A stretch of DNA of 64,000 bases from the human T2T-CHM13v2.0 reference genome, Homo sapiens. A model generated the notes under the pieces. It had not been told where the DNA came from and did not search any database. It saw only the letters and a list, made by a program, of their open reading frames with translations. The stretch lies in the NCBI RefSeq assembly GCF_009914755.1, contig NC_060942.1; one strand, 5' to 3'. The position numbers and the translations under genes are program-made. Below are positions 28,718-44,592 of the stretch, one piece after another. The number at the start of each line of letters is the position of its first letter. The stretch's first letter is position 1.

Positions 28718-28936
28718 AAAAGGGTCTTTGCTTACTAAGTGATAAGGTGGTAAGAGAGTTGAAACAACTATGAGCAAGCATGAAAAACAGCAGGGGGAAG
28801 AGGGGTGAACACACGCTGACGAAAAGAACTTTATTGACTGTAATGAAAGGCGAGGAAGGCAAGCCAGGGAAGCAAAGGCAAGGAAGTAAGGCAGAACTGG
28901 AGAACGGATGCACCTAAAGACAGGCAGGGAGTTATG
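28718..28936 (+). repeat. Local direct duplication, copy 1 (partner 30851-31069)
   Basis: 219 bp, 9 substitutions, no indels by manual alignment. Confidence 0.95.
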
Positions 28937-29257
28937 GCACACATTTCATTCTTCTGCCCCCATCTTTATGCTGCCTGGCTCATCTTTAACTAGGACCCAC
29001 TGCACTGAATCCCAGCATTCCCTTCCACAGCCTGCTCTGTCACCTCCTCAGGCAGTTTGCAAATGCATCTTTCACAAGTACAAGTGAAGGACACTGGAGA
29101 GAATAGTGGGGGTGTTTGTGCTTATAACCCACACAAAAGTCAAAGCAAAAAAGACCTCCAATGCCATGGTCCTAACAGGCCTCCCTATCTTCCCCATTAA
29201 CCCCTGAGAAGACATCCCAAGCTGACTATCTCATGCACTTGCTGGTAGAATAAATCA

Positions 29258-29683
<426 letters not shown>

Positions 29684-29985
29684 TCACTCCTGGCTCCACT
29701 AAAGGAAATATTAATGCCACTAAAGGAGAAAGTTGAAATCACTGTGCTGCTCTGAGTGCCAGAGGAATAAACTGCTATCTTAGAACCTCCTGCCTCAGCT
29801 GGAAAACACATGATGAAAGGTTCAGTTCAGCAGATGCAACAGTGATCTATGCTTAGAAAATAAGAAAATGAAAATAAAATAGGATGTTTTTATTCTGCAG
29901 ACACTTTAGCGTGCCGTCACCACTTCTTTCCCGACACATTTGGGAGGAAAAACCATCTTTACACATTTAGAGGAGAAATACTCAC

Positions 29986-30179
29986 AAACACAATCTGTTT
30001 CCATCAGAATGTGCCTCGGTTCACACTCATCGCACCGGAGCCCCGAGGCCCCCAGCCTGCAAACGCACTGCCCAGATGTGCGGTCACAGTCACCGTGGAC
30101 AGAGCCGTGCGGGTTGCAGTCACACTTCTGGCAACTGCCACCTGGTGTTTGAGGGTTCCCATAATAGCTTGAGGAGCAC
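29986..30179 (-). CDS. LAMA1: LAMA1 exon ~32 (last LE repeats)
   Basis: tag|G TGC...T|gtgagt; 194 nt, phase 2-1; [21 protein letters not shown]...HILMETDCV. Confidence 0.97.
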
Positions 30180-30451
30180 CTACAGAAAGGAAGGGACATA
30201 GGTGCAGACAGGATGGTCAATACCAGCTTCTAACTTGCGACAGTAATCATTTCCGCCAAATGAAATGCAAAGCACAGATCCATTCACCTTGGGAAAACTT
30301 GTTCTGGAACAGTAATGAGGTCTTATTTCAATCAAGCACATCCAAACTGATAATTGATAATGGCTCCCAGATTACTATAGTAAATATGCCCAATACCTTA
30401 TAAAAGAAACAGAGTGCCCAGGGATTTCCACATGACAATCCACCCATGTAC

Positions 30452-30538
30452 CTTTCACAGTGTTTTCCTTCATAGCCCAGGAGACAGGCGTCACAACGGA
30501 AATCGTGGTCCCCTTCCAAGACACAAGTGGGACTAAAA
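30452..30538 (-). CDS. LAMA1: LAMA1 exon ~31 (LE)
   Basis: cag|T TTT...AG|gtaca; 87 nt, phase 2-2; FSPTCVLEGDHDFRCDACLLGYEGKHCE. Confidence 0.96.
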
Positions 30539-30850
30539 CTGGAGGAAAAGAATTTCTTTTTGAATTTTCAGATATACAATTTCCATCTTTCCTTAAGGTA
30601 CTTATTCATTACTCTTAGGATACACCATACTGGTCTCAAAGTTATGTGATTACACATAGCTTTTTAGAGCTTACAATCTACCTGGCAAAAAGAAGGAAAA
30701 TAAAAGTAATCAGTAAGTGCACACACATCTTGTATCCAAAAGACATTCATAAGACCCTGTCCAGGGACAATCATGTGAATGTTAAGTGGAAGAAGACTGA
30801 CCTTAGGGATTATCACTAATTGGCCACCCAACAAGAGAGTGTCCCAAGGA

Positions 30851-31069
30851 AAAAGGGTCTTTGCTTACTAAGTGATAAGGTGGTAAGAGAGCTGAAACAA
30901 CTATGAGCAAGCATGAAAAACAGCAGAGGGAAGATGGCTGAACACACGCTGACGAAAAGAACTTTATTGACTGTAACGAAAGGCGAGGAAGGAAAGCCAG
31001 GGAGGCAAAGGCAAGGAAATAAGGCAGAACTGGAGAACGGATGCACCTAAAGGCAGGCAGGGAGTTATG
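30851..31069 (+). repeat. Local direct duplication, copy 2 (partner 28718-28936)
   Basis: 219 bp, about 96% identical to copy 1. Confidence 0.95.
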
Positions 31070-31529
31070 TGGTAGGCTGCCATAAGCAAAATGACAGAGC
31101 CTCTCAAAGTTTAATCATCGACTGGGATTTGATCTCCTCATTCATGGATTTCTGCTTTTGTTTTACTCCTTTTTCTCAACATCCTCTACCCTCTGCCTTC
31201 ACGTTTTAAATTACCAATGTGCCATCTAGAGGCTGAGCTGGGTGCATGCAAACTACTGGAGACAACAATAAAAAACAAAACCAGTTAGAGCCAAGTCTGG
31301 TTCCTTTTCGTTAGCAAGATGAAGTTTCCAGCGTCAGTTATCAGCCCCATACCACTTCCGACTCTTTTTCCTCCTTAAAATAGTAAAGGGATAGACTTCA
31401 GTGGAAACAAAATATGTAGAAAATAAAGCGTGTGTTTTAGGGCATCTGAGATTCAGAGCACACAAGAATGTTCACAACCTGACAATCTCTTCCTGATAGC
31501 ACAAACTTTAATTTATTAATGCGGACTTT

Positions 31530-31990
31530 GGGGATGTTTATAACCTTTTTATGATTGCAGAAGTAAAATATTCAAACAGCACAGAAACGTGCAAAGTAGT
31601 AGGGTAGAATGTCCTTCCCAATACTTCTCTGGGCACATATATAGCCACCTATAATATGGGTATGAATAGACGTGGATATGAATTTTTTCCAAAATGGCAT
31701 CACACTCCATATTCAATTACATACTTCAATTGGCCATTTCTCCAATTCTGTGCCTACAGATATACCTTATTCTTTTCTCCGTGTTTGTAAAATATTTCAC
31801 TCTAGGAATGTAACACAATGTATATAATCAATTCCCCGTAAGTAGATATTTCCGTTTTCCCCCTATTCCTCATGAGTAAAAAGCAATGCAAAAACACATC
31901 CATCTTTACACACACATGCAAGTATTTCTATAGCACAGACTACAGAAGTGGAATTGACAAGTCAAAATTTATATATATACATTTAATATA
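31530..31990 (-). mobile_element. Old L1M (L1ME-like) fragment
   Basis: Decayed antisense L1 motifs such as agaagtggaattgacaagtcaaa. Confidence 0.55.
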
Positions 31991-32804
31991 AAAAATAAGC
32001 ACTAGTAACAACAAATTTTAGGATGCTTCATAGCTTGCAAGGGAAGTGTACATAGTGCCTCTCATTTGGTACTCACCATCAGGCATCATTTACTTGGAGG
32101 CAATAAAAAACAGAAGATTCAGACAAATATTAAAAGGAATACTTCATTGCAGTATACCAAGAGTTAACATTTGATCTTTGTATGTTCAATACCTTGCCAA
32201 ATATTCTAAGCAATAATAAAATATTATTGATGAGTTATAATTTTCATTTGATCCAAAGAGGATTCTTTGATATTCTAATTCCCACTTAAAATTTCTGGTT
32301 CCCTTTTGCATTCAGGTAATTCTGTACAAGCATCATAAGTACAAGGTAGAAACTAGTCCCAATTTTATCACCATGTGGTATTTCAGCACTTAGGCACCAG
32401 CTTATATAAACTCTAACCCCATTCCCTTATATAAACTCTAACCCCATTCCCTTAAATGGTAATTGGGTTCTTTTGTATCATTATCAATAAAATTAATAGC
32501 AATTTATCTCCATGCAGATTGGATACATATGCTGTGGGCTAAAATGAGTCTTAAAAAACAAAACCTAAAAGTCCTTTCTTTAATTGCTTCCATCCAAACA
32601 TCCAATACCAAAACAGATACTTTGCTTTTGAAAAGATTCTCTTCCAATGCTTTTGAGAATGAACACCTTTTCTTAAAATTAGCCTTTTGCAACCAATGGA
32701 GAATATTCATTAACAACAGACCACTCAGAGACCCTTGAAAATGAGGCTGAACTGGAAGCAGCCCTGGGCAGCCCAGCATGCCAGCTGCCCCTGTGGGGAC
32801 TCAC

Positions 32805-32926
32805 CTGGCAGGAGGGCTGTGAGGACAGGCACACAGAGCACAGTCACTTGCTGAGCCAGTCACCTTCCCGTAGTAGCCAGAAGTACACACATCACAATGG
32901 TCACCTGCTGTGTTATCGCCACAGTT
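32805..32926 (-). CDS. LAMA1: LAMA1 exon ~30 (LE)
   Basis: cag|AAC...AG|gtgagt; 122 nt, phase 0-2; NCGDNTAGDHCDVCTSGYYGKVTGSASDCALCACPHSPPA. Confidence 0.96.
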
Positions 32927-33413
32927 CTGGGAGCCCACATTTAAAGGAAGGGGGAAAAAATGGGAAATTGTTAGAAATCATTCTTATCTGGTAATAGCTA
33001 AGCACTGCCACGTTTTATATCAGCTAGCTTTTAAAAATATTCTTCAGGAAAGGGGAGCATTTTCCTCCATATTCTTAAAATCCTGAAAACATTTCCCGCT
33101 CTGTGGCTTTCATTCATCCTAAGGCTGCATTCATCCACTACAGCCAAGAAATTACTAGTACATTCTTCTTAAGGAAAATAGACATAGGAGCCCTAAAAGC
33201 AGTTTGCAGAACCTTAAAACACAGATTTAAAATATTTAGTGCCCCAAAAAACAATTTGAAGCACCAGTTTTGCACACAGTCAGGGTTCAACAACCACATG
33301 TAAGGAGTTGAAGAATGGATAGATGATTTAGGAAATAGACAATGAGGGAAGAAAACTCATGGTTTTAGAGCACCACTGATAGATTACTGCAACCAACAAC
33401 TAACTTCCAGTTA

Positions 33414-34097
<684 letters not shown>

Positions 34098-34820
34098 CAA
34101 AAAGGTACACATTTTTAAAGCTAAAAGAACAAGCAGTTCTTGCCATCTGATTCCAATTTGAAATTGGCATTTGCTCAATTCATCTCTATTTACTCAGCCA
34201 CTGGGCACAAGATTCCATGTCTGATGCAGCTGAATAGGTTTCCAGGATCAGTGAGGAACACCTGAGCAAACTCCCAGGCTGACTCACACTTTTATCCTTG
34301 GCAGTGAGAGGTGATACAGAAAGACATCTTGTTACATGTTAAAAAGGACTATTTTAAGTTCATTTAAATGTTTTTAAAATTCTAGTATTTTTCATTTTAA
34401 AGTTCTATTCCTATTTTTTTCCCTGATGAGGATAAATTTTACTGGGATCTACCTGACCTCTCAAACTCATCTCTCTGTAGAAGTAAAATTTGTAATCTCT
34501 CTCTTGAAAAGTAAAAGTGTTAATGGCATGGCCTAAACCTGACAAGGAATAAATATTAGATGATGAGAGAGAATTGAAGATTTTCAGGTTTTCCATGGCT
34601 AACACCAACTCCCTCTGACTTACGACAGACTGTGGGCTCCCTAGAGAAGCAAAGACAAGCTGCCCCAAGAGTGGCAGGGAAACAAGGACCCCCTAATGAG
34701 AACCAAAGTGTGGGCTGAATTAGTTGCTATGGGAAATTCACAGAGAATGCCTGCCAATATTTCACTGATGTAAAAAGGTTCAGTCGTATCTCCCAGAAGG
34801 CGGTGGTAGGGAGTGGGTAA

Positions 34821-35192
<372 letters not shown>

Positions 35193-35961
35193 CCAATCAT
35201 TTTTATGATAACACCAAATGCTCAGTGACCTGAACATCCTATATACTAATGACAAAATCAGATCCAAAAAGGTCTTCATATCTACCTGTACAATAAGCAC
35301 AGGGGGAGTGCTTAGGAGATTATGTTGAAGGGAAATGAACTGCACTAAACCACAAAAGGATTTGAAAAACTGAGGATGGAAGGGAAGGTCCTGAGCTCAA
35401 AGAGCAAGGAAGAAGGGACTGAGGCGCTATATTGATGGGAAGAGTTCAAGGGTCTTGTGTCTAGTCAATGCCGTGAGGCAGCAGTGACAGGGCAGGTATG
35501 ACTACCCTGTCCAGGCTGGGCCATGGAGACACAGCACCTCGAGTTAAGGAGGGAAGCTCCCACTGACTCTGGGAGCAAAGGCGTTAGGCTCAGGGCAGGA
35601 TACCGAAGACAGACAGTGACATGCACACCACAGGCTGGTGAACGGACCCACGACCACTCCATCTGGCCTCCAGGCATGTGAGGGTACGTGACTTGGAGGG
35701 CTGAAGATTCAGGGCCTTTGGACATGGGAAAGAGGGATTTGATCAAGTAGTTTCACAAGGTATCTGTTAAGATCCCATCACTTTTCATGAATAATCTGAA
35801 CTCATGGTTTATCTCAACAGCTCCAAAGAATAAAACTGCACCAACAGATGCATGGTCAGGGGCACTGGCTTAGAAAGAATCAGAGCTGCCCAAAGATGAG
35901 CAGAGCTGTTTTGGGAGTGAGCTCCCCATTGTTGCAGGTGTGTAAAATGTACACTAAATTA

Positions 35962-36311
<350 letters not shown>

Positions 36312-37088
36312 TGTGAAGGGACTCTGACAAGAATAGAAGGACCACTGCAACCCTGAAATCCCATCCTCCAAGCCCAGACACCATTTTTTGTTTATAATGG
36401 GTTTCAGTGACAGGAATTGTCAAAAAGAGGGAAAACCAGAATCAAAATGTGGCGGGAGGCAGGTTGGGAGCCTGCAGTCCTAATTCCTCTGTTTTGGCTC
36501 CAGTGTTTCCTTGTGATTGGGCCACACCCAGGATCTCCGAGGCTTCGGGTGTGTCCTTGGTGGGCAGCTCATTTCCCTTCAATGCATTATTTTACCCAAG
36601 GCGAGTTAATCTTGGAACAATTAGTAATCAATGTTTCCACCTGAGTGACTGTAAAGCATGAGGCTTCAGGAGTAGGAAACGAATATCACATTATTTTGTT
36701 ATCTGCCTCATTGGCTTAAGCTAAATCATGGACACAGGAATTTGTCCTCGGTCAGGGCTGCGAGGCTTCTGTCTGGGCCGCTTAGTCGTTTACAGTGGTC
36801 AGAGCTCTCCATGTGTCCCCGAGACCAATCTTGGCCTAGGAGAAGGTGGCTGAGAAGCAAACACACACTAACATGTGAATAATGTGCTGTTATCATCCCC
36901 TAGAGAATATGCATTTTTTTAAAAAATGCAAGGAGAGGGCAATACTTTACACAGAGAAATACATTTTCAACACTGGCATTAACTTATTTTAAAATTCCCA
37001 CGTGAGCCCCCAAACTTCATCGTATACAGTTCTCATCTATTTTGACTACGGCAACCAGTACTGCAATTAAAAACAAGGCATGCAACTA

Positions 37089-37435
37089 CAGTCATCCATC
37101 ACTTAAAGATGGGGATACTGCCTGAGAAATGCATCCCTAGCTGATTTCGTCACGGTGTGAACGTCATAGAGTGCACTTATACAAACCTAGATGGCACAGC
37201 CTACTACACGCCTAGGCCATATGGTAGAGCCTATTGCTCCTGGGCCACAAACCTGTCCAGCATGTTACCGTACTGAATACTGTAGGCAGTTGCAACACAA
37301 CAGGAAATATTTGTGCATCTAACTATAACTAACATAGAAAAGGTACAGTAAAAACACAGTATTATAGTCTTATCAGACCACTGTCCTATATGTGATCTGT
37401 TGTTGATGAAAACGTCATTATTTGGTGCACGACTA
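37089..37435. mobile_element. Tigger3a (MER7A-like) DNA transposon
   Basis: cagtcat...gacta termini flanked by TA; internal acaaacctagatgg..cagcctactacac and tactgaatactgtaggc. Confidence 0.85.
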
Positions 37436-37679
37436 TAATTCCCAAATTGATGCCCACAGATAAATTCATCAAGAAAGGAAAATTTATAAAAGAATTTCCA
37501 CTGATAAGGTCAGAACCACTAAGCTATGCCGTCCTCAAGGAAATAGGTTTATATTTTATATTTAGCTAAATTTAACCTCTCACTAAACCAAGGCACGGCT
37601 ATGACTTAGACCGGAAATCTGACACTCAGCGTCCACTTTACTTCTAAACTCAGGCAAGCACCCCCACAAACCAGCATAC

Positions 37680-37817
37680 CAGACACTTCCCGGTGTTGGG
37701 GTCACAGGTGTCACTGTGGTTGTTGCAACTGCAGGGAACACAAGGAGCAACCAGAGGGCGTGGTCCCCTGTCACTCCCTGCTGGGAGCTTCCCTCTGTGG
37801 TACCCAGGGGCGCAGTC
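37680..37817 (-). CDS. LAMA1: LAMA1 exon ~29 (LE)
   Basis: cag|GAC...CTG|gtatg; 138 nt, phase 0-0; DCAPGYHRGKLPAGSDRGPRPLVAPCVPCSCNNHSDTCDPNTGKCL. Confidence 0.96.
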
Positions 37818-37844
37818 CTGAGGGGGTGCAAAAGGGAGGACAAA

Positions 37845-38900
<1,056 letters not shown>

Positions 38901-39028
38901 TTTTAATTCAAAAAGAGAAAAAAATGATATAGTAGATACACATAAGTTCTGTTCATCTCTGGGAGTTGCTGTAACAAGCACATTTCAACTCAAACCCAGG
39001 AAATAGATTTCGACTAGAGTCTCCGTAC

Positions 39029-39149
39029 CTGACATGAGAATCCCACAGTGCCAGGAGGACAGACACAATTCTCTAAAAGAGATGCAACCTCTTCTTCTGG
39101 GTGCAGCTTTTCAGCCTTTCTGCCAACCTCCACTGAAATGTCTGAGATT
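39029..39149 (-). CDS. LAMA1: LAMA1 exon ~28 (end of L4b / LE)
   Basis: cag|A ATC...CAG|gtacg; 121 nt, phase 2-0; ISDISVEVGRKAEKLHPEEEVASLLENCVCPPGTVGFSCQ. Confidence 0.95.
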
Positions 39150-39779
39150 CTGTGCAGCCATCATGTTAAGAGAGGAAACGCTAACATTTGAAAAACTTTC
39201 TAGAAACATAGCACATGACCTAACACTTGCATATATATGAAACCAGAGCTTTCTTCCCTGTTTGGAGTAGTTCCTGCTTGTGATTGTAAGTGAAGTGTGT
39301 TAAAGCACATTACTAACTGTCATGACACACTTTAGACATTTTAGAATTTAAAAATAATGTGACACAAGTACACCTAAAAGACCTCTTGAAGTGCTGATTT
39401 GGCCAAGACCTAATGGCTTTCTTTATGGGCTAAAGTATGAGATGAGTAGGTGACAGCATTCTTTATACATCACTACGAAGACATGGGCATTTCAGTTTTC
39501 ATGTGCAGAAACAGCAATTGTTTTTTTTGCATTTTATCTTCAGCTAAGATTCCAACATTATGTCCTTATATTTTATATCGACATTAGCATGCTAGGTGGA
39601 TACTTTAAGTTATAATTCGCACATTCCATAATGATATTAATATTTAACAATGTTTTGGTAAGGAACTGAACTACATGGATTAATAAAAATAGTAGGTAAT
39701 GGAAGTGAAGTGAGTCAAATTCTTTCAGTTTGCTTTCAAATATGAAAATAACGGTCAAAATTCTAGAAGCTCCAAGTAC

Positions 39780-39907
39780 CTGCTCTGCTGTAATCCTTGA
39801 CCATACGATGCCTTGATGAGGATGTACTCAATATCGCTGAGGACAGACATAAAATCCTCTCGCGTGACAGGTTTTTCAGAAACAGAGTTAAAATATTTCC
39901 AAAAATT
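39780..39907 (-). CDS. LAMA1: LAMA1 exon ~27 (L4b)
   Basis: cag|AAT...AG|gtact; 128 nt, phase 0-2; NFWKYFNSVSEKPVTREDFMSVLSDIEYILIKASYGQGLQQS. Confidence 0.95.
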
Positions 39908-40300
39908 CTGTAGAATGAGAAACACATTCAATTAAGCTCAGAGGCCAAATTCTGACAGGCATAAAACTTATAAAGAATAAATTCTTTTATAAATTTCTCC
40001 AGAAATGAGCCATGTTCTGTGCATGCCACTGAGTGTAACTGACAAAGACCTCCTGAAACCTCCATGGACAGGCGCAGTGTCAGTTCCATTATCAATAGAT
40101 ATGCATTACCTAAGGCACTGCCAGCCACACAGCAAACATCCAGTAAACATCTGCTGGAAGAATAAACACTTCCCAAATCTGAGCAAGTCCAAAGTCTCCT
40201 GTACCACTATCTCTATGCAGGTTGAAAATAGTACGCCAAGATAAAGAATTTAAGATGCAGTGCCCACTAAATTGACATAAAACTAATATACATTTCTTGA

Positions 40301-40720
<420 letters not shown>

Positions 40721-40740
40721 TGAAAAGATCCCATTATCAC

Positions 40741-40926
40741 CTCTCTCATTGCTACTTCTTGTTCCTGTCTCACTCCATTCTCTGGGGCTGGTGCATCCAT
40801 GTAAATGACTTGCTTTCTGATCCGACCACCTTTGATGAGAACTTGAGGCTCAAAATTGGAGGTGCCGACGCCATCCAAAGAATAGAAGGCCACGCTGTAC
40901 TTCAGTTTGCCACCATAGGCCATGAG
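40741..40926 (-). CDS. LAMA1: LAMA1 exon ~26 (L4b)
   Basis: tag|CTC...GAG|gtgat; 186 nt, phase 0-0; LMAYGGKLKYSVAF...EVAMRE. Confidence 0.96.
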
Positions 40927-41430
40927 CTATCAAATAATAAAGTGTTGTTTACTTCTCTGACAAAGCTTTCATTCAAAAACATTTTATTGCAAGACTGCCA
41001 CCATAAGAGAGAAATCTTGTATCTTAAAAATACATCACATGGGTGAAATTTGTTGTCTGGAATTTGCTTCCTTCTAATTCCATTTAATTATGGATTATTA
41101 AGTTGACCTAAGTTATATAGTTCCTTTCGAGAAAACAAACAAAAGTGAGCTCCAAAATAACAAATCAATGTGGTAGTGATGCAAATTATTTTCAAGCTCC
41201 TTTAGATTAAAAATTTCTCTATCTCCAGGAGCACTGGGTGCATATTTGCAAATTGTAAAGATCAGGGTGAATTCACACACAGACTCCAATGTTTATATAA
41301 ACAAAAATCCAAGTGATGCCTTTCATGATCTTTTATAGTAGTTTTTTCCCCCCAAATGAGTGATAATTTCTTGAAAAGGGACTCCCAGGCCATAGCACCT
41401 AGGTTTGTACCAAGAGCATATCAGTAAACA

Positions 41431-41578
41431 CAGTGGGTCCCATACCACGTAATGATATTTCAGTCAATGACAAACCACATATACGACCATGGTCTCATGA
41501 GATTATAATAATAACTTTCGCACCTAATGACACATTCCCCTAGAATGTCTCTCCATTGTTAAGTGACACATGACTGTA
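41431..41578. mobile_element. Internally deleted Tigger3-like element
   Basis: Both ends resemble the reverse complement of the 37089-37435 termini; ends ...gttaagtgacacatgactgta. Confidence 0.65.
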
Positions 41579-41840
41579 TATGTCTGTTGAATGACTGCTT
41601 TAGGAAGAACCAAATTAATATAACGTGAACTTAAAAAACTTTTAAAATTAATGAAAAATTTTAAGGAACCATATATTTGAGGAGACTTTTATGAGCATTA
41701 AACTTCTCTGATCCCACTTAAAAGAGGAAATTAATAACTACTTCTTTAAATGACAGGCCGGCCCAGACTATGGTGATTTTAAACAATTTCTGTATATCCT
41801 AGGAAGCACCGACTGGCTCTCGGCTGGGCGTGCACCTCAC

Positions 41841-42020
41841 CTGGTCTCCTTGGAACTGCTGCGGCAGCCGCCAGTAAAACGGCTCTGCACGGATGTGCTG
41901 CCGGACGGTGGCGGCATCCAGCAGGAAGTCGGGGGCCTGGTAGTAAACCCCCTCGGTCGTGCCCCTCAAGTTACTCTGAGAAACCACACGCAGAAGAGGC
42001 TGATCGGAGCCCAGCGTTAC
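41841..42020 (-). CDS. LAMA1: LAMA1 exon ~25 (L4b)
   Basis: tag|GTA...CAG|gtgag; 180 nt, phase 0-0; VTLGSDQPLLRVV...PFYWRLPQQFQGDQ. Confidence 0.96.
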
Positions 42021-42535
42021 CTAAACCACGAAAGGAGGGGAAAGTGCACTTCAAAATGCGAACTTTCCACTCCAGTTTCATTCTTTAGATTCCATCATTG
42101 TTTCACAGATGAAACAGCTTCATTATTAAAACAGAAACAGTAAAGACTTTTCCTTTAAACTAAACATCTGGAAGAAAATGAACTGAAAGTGCTTTAAACT
42201 ACTGCCATTTAGGGCCAAACTGTTGCTACGCTGGGGAAACGTTCAATGATATGCAGAAGACGGCTGAGATTTTGCAGTTCTATCTTCTCTCCAATGAAAG
42301 CTTTTCATAGATTAGCTAAGGAACAACATGGACAGCCTTTAGTTCAAGCTCCATTTACTTCCTCGGCCAGCAGAAGCTGAGCTCTGATTCCTGTTCTAAC
42401 CCAAATTAGCTTCCTAGAATTTTGGATGCCATAAGAGCAAAATTTAATGTGAACACTTGGCTGTGTTTCCCACCCCCACCCACCTCCCAGGGGAGTGGGG
42501 TTAGAAGCAGAACACTTTCGCTGTGTGTGACTTAC

Positions 42536-42679
42536 TGGGGTCCTCACGTAGTCCTCCAGCTCTGAGCAGAGGTGGGACAGCCCGGAGCAGAAGCACGGGC
42601 TGCAGCCCAGGGGGTTGTCTGCGCGGAGAGCGAAGGTGCCCTCTCGACATTCGTTGCACTGAGGGCCAAAGACATTTTC
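42536..42679 (-). CDS. LAMA1: LAMA1 exon ~24 (LE)
   Basis: tag|GAA...CCA|gtaagt; 144 nt, phase 0-0; ENVFGPQCNECREGTFALRADNPLGCSPCFC...YVRTP. Confidence 0.96.
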
Positions 42680-42856
42680 CTACAGGGGAGCAAATAAAGG
42701 ACTCGTTTTTGCCTAAAAAAGAGATGTGATTTCTGAACAAACAGAGACAAAATAGAGCACAAACATAATTTTAAACATAATTATAGATGCACAAACATTA
42801 GTTTCCTCTAGCCAGGCCCGGAGCTTTCTGAGTGTCAGTTTTCTCAAAGATCCAAT

Positions 42857-43349
<493 letters not shown>

Positions 43350-43418
43350 TGATTATTAAGACAAGGCCTGCTGCTCTACTCGTCTATCATCACAGCTGTT
43401 ATCATAAGATGTGGCAGA

Positions 43419-43800
<382 letters not shown>

Positions 43801-44355
43801 TCAGCTCATTACCATCATCAAGCCAGAGGGCTCCCATCTCACCACCCATGGGAAAAGGACCAGAGGAGGTGGCTCTGACCTCCTAATAGCAAAGCACATT
43901 GGGAAAACTAACGGAAACACACAAAACTTATAATGACATTGAAGTCTTACCTCTTGGGAAAATAATAAACCCCGATTTCCTTCAATGTGGCCAGCACATA
44001 CGGGAGCCCAATAACCTCACAGGGATCACATCACAAATCCCGAAGCCCTGAGAAACCCACCTCACCTGCATACTCAAGATACGCAGCCACTCAGCCTCTG
44101 GGATATATGATTAAAACTTCAGGGCAGTTTTCAAATCAGTTCCATCAACTGACACTAGTAACAGTAAAAATTCAATTTCAAAAATCATCCGTCACTCTAG
44201 AGGAGCATAAGAGACTTTGAACTCAGATGCGGAAGGGAGTGTGAACTCACTAGGAAAAGCATCCAAAACCTGGCTGCTTAGGTAAGTAGTCAAAGCCCAG
44301 GAGTCATGATGAGGAGCCAGAGACAGGATGAAAGAGGAGGATGGATGGTAAATAC

Positions 44356-44592
44356 CTTGCAAGGGCAGGCCCCGGTTTCCTCCACACAGCCGCAGAGACC
44401 CTGCTCCAGGTTGCAGGCGTCCCCCGACGTCCCCCTCAGGTCACAGTCACAGGGAACACAGTCGGGAAAGTCTCTGTAACCCAAGGAACACTGATCGCAG
44501 GCCCGGCCACCAAATTTTGACTTGCACTGGCAATGGCCGGTGACCACATCGCACCGATGATGAGTCGACCCCACGAGACTGCAATTGCAGGC
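44356..44592 (-). CDS. LAMA1: LAMA1 exon ~23 (LE)
   Basis: cag|GCC...AAG|gtatt; 237 nt, phase 0-0; ACNCSLVGSTHHRCDVVTG...EETGACPCK. Confidence 0.97.

Noticed and set aside
39150-39779. Possible U12-type intron 27
   Set aside because: Donor is GTACTTGG, not the GTATCCTT U12 consensus; no AT-AC or GC-AG intron among the 33 complete introns
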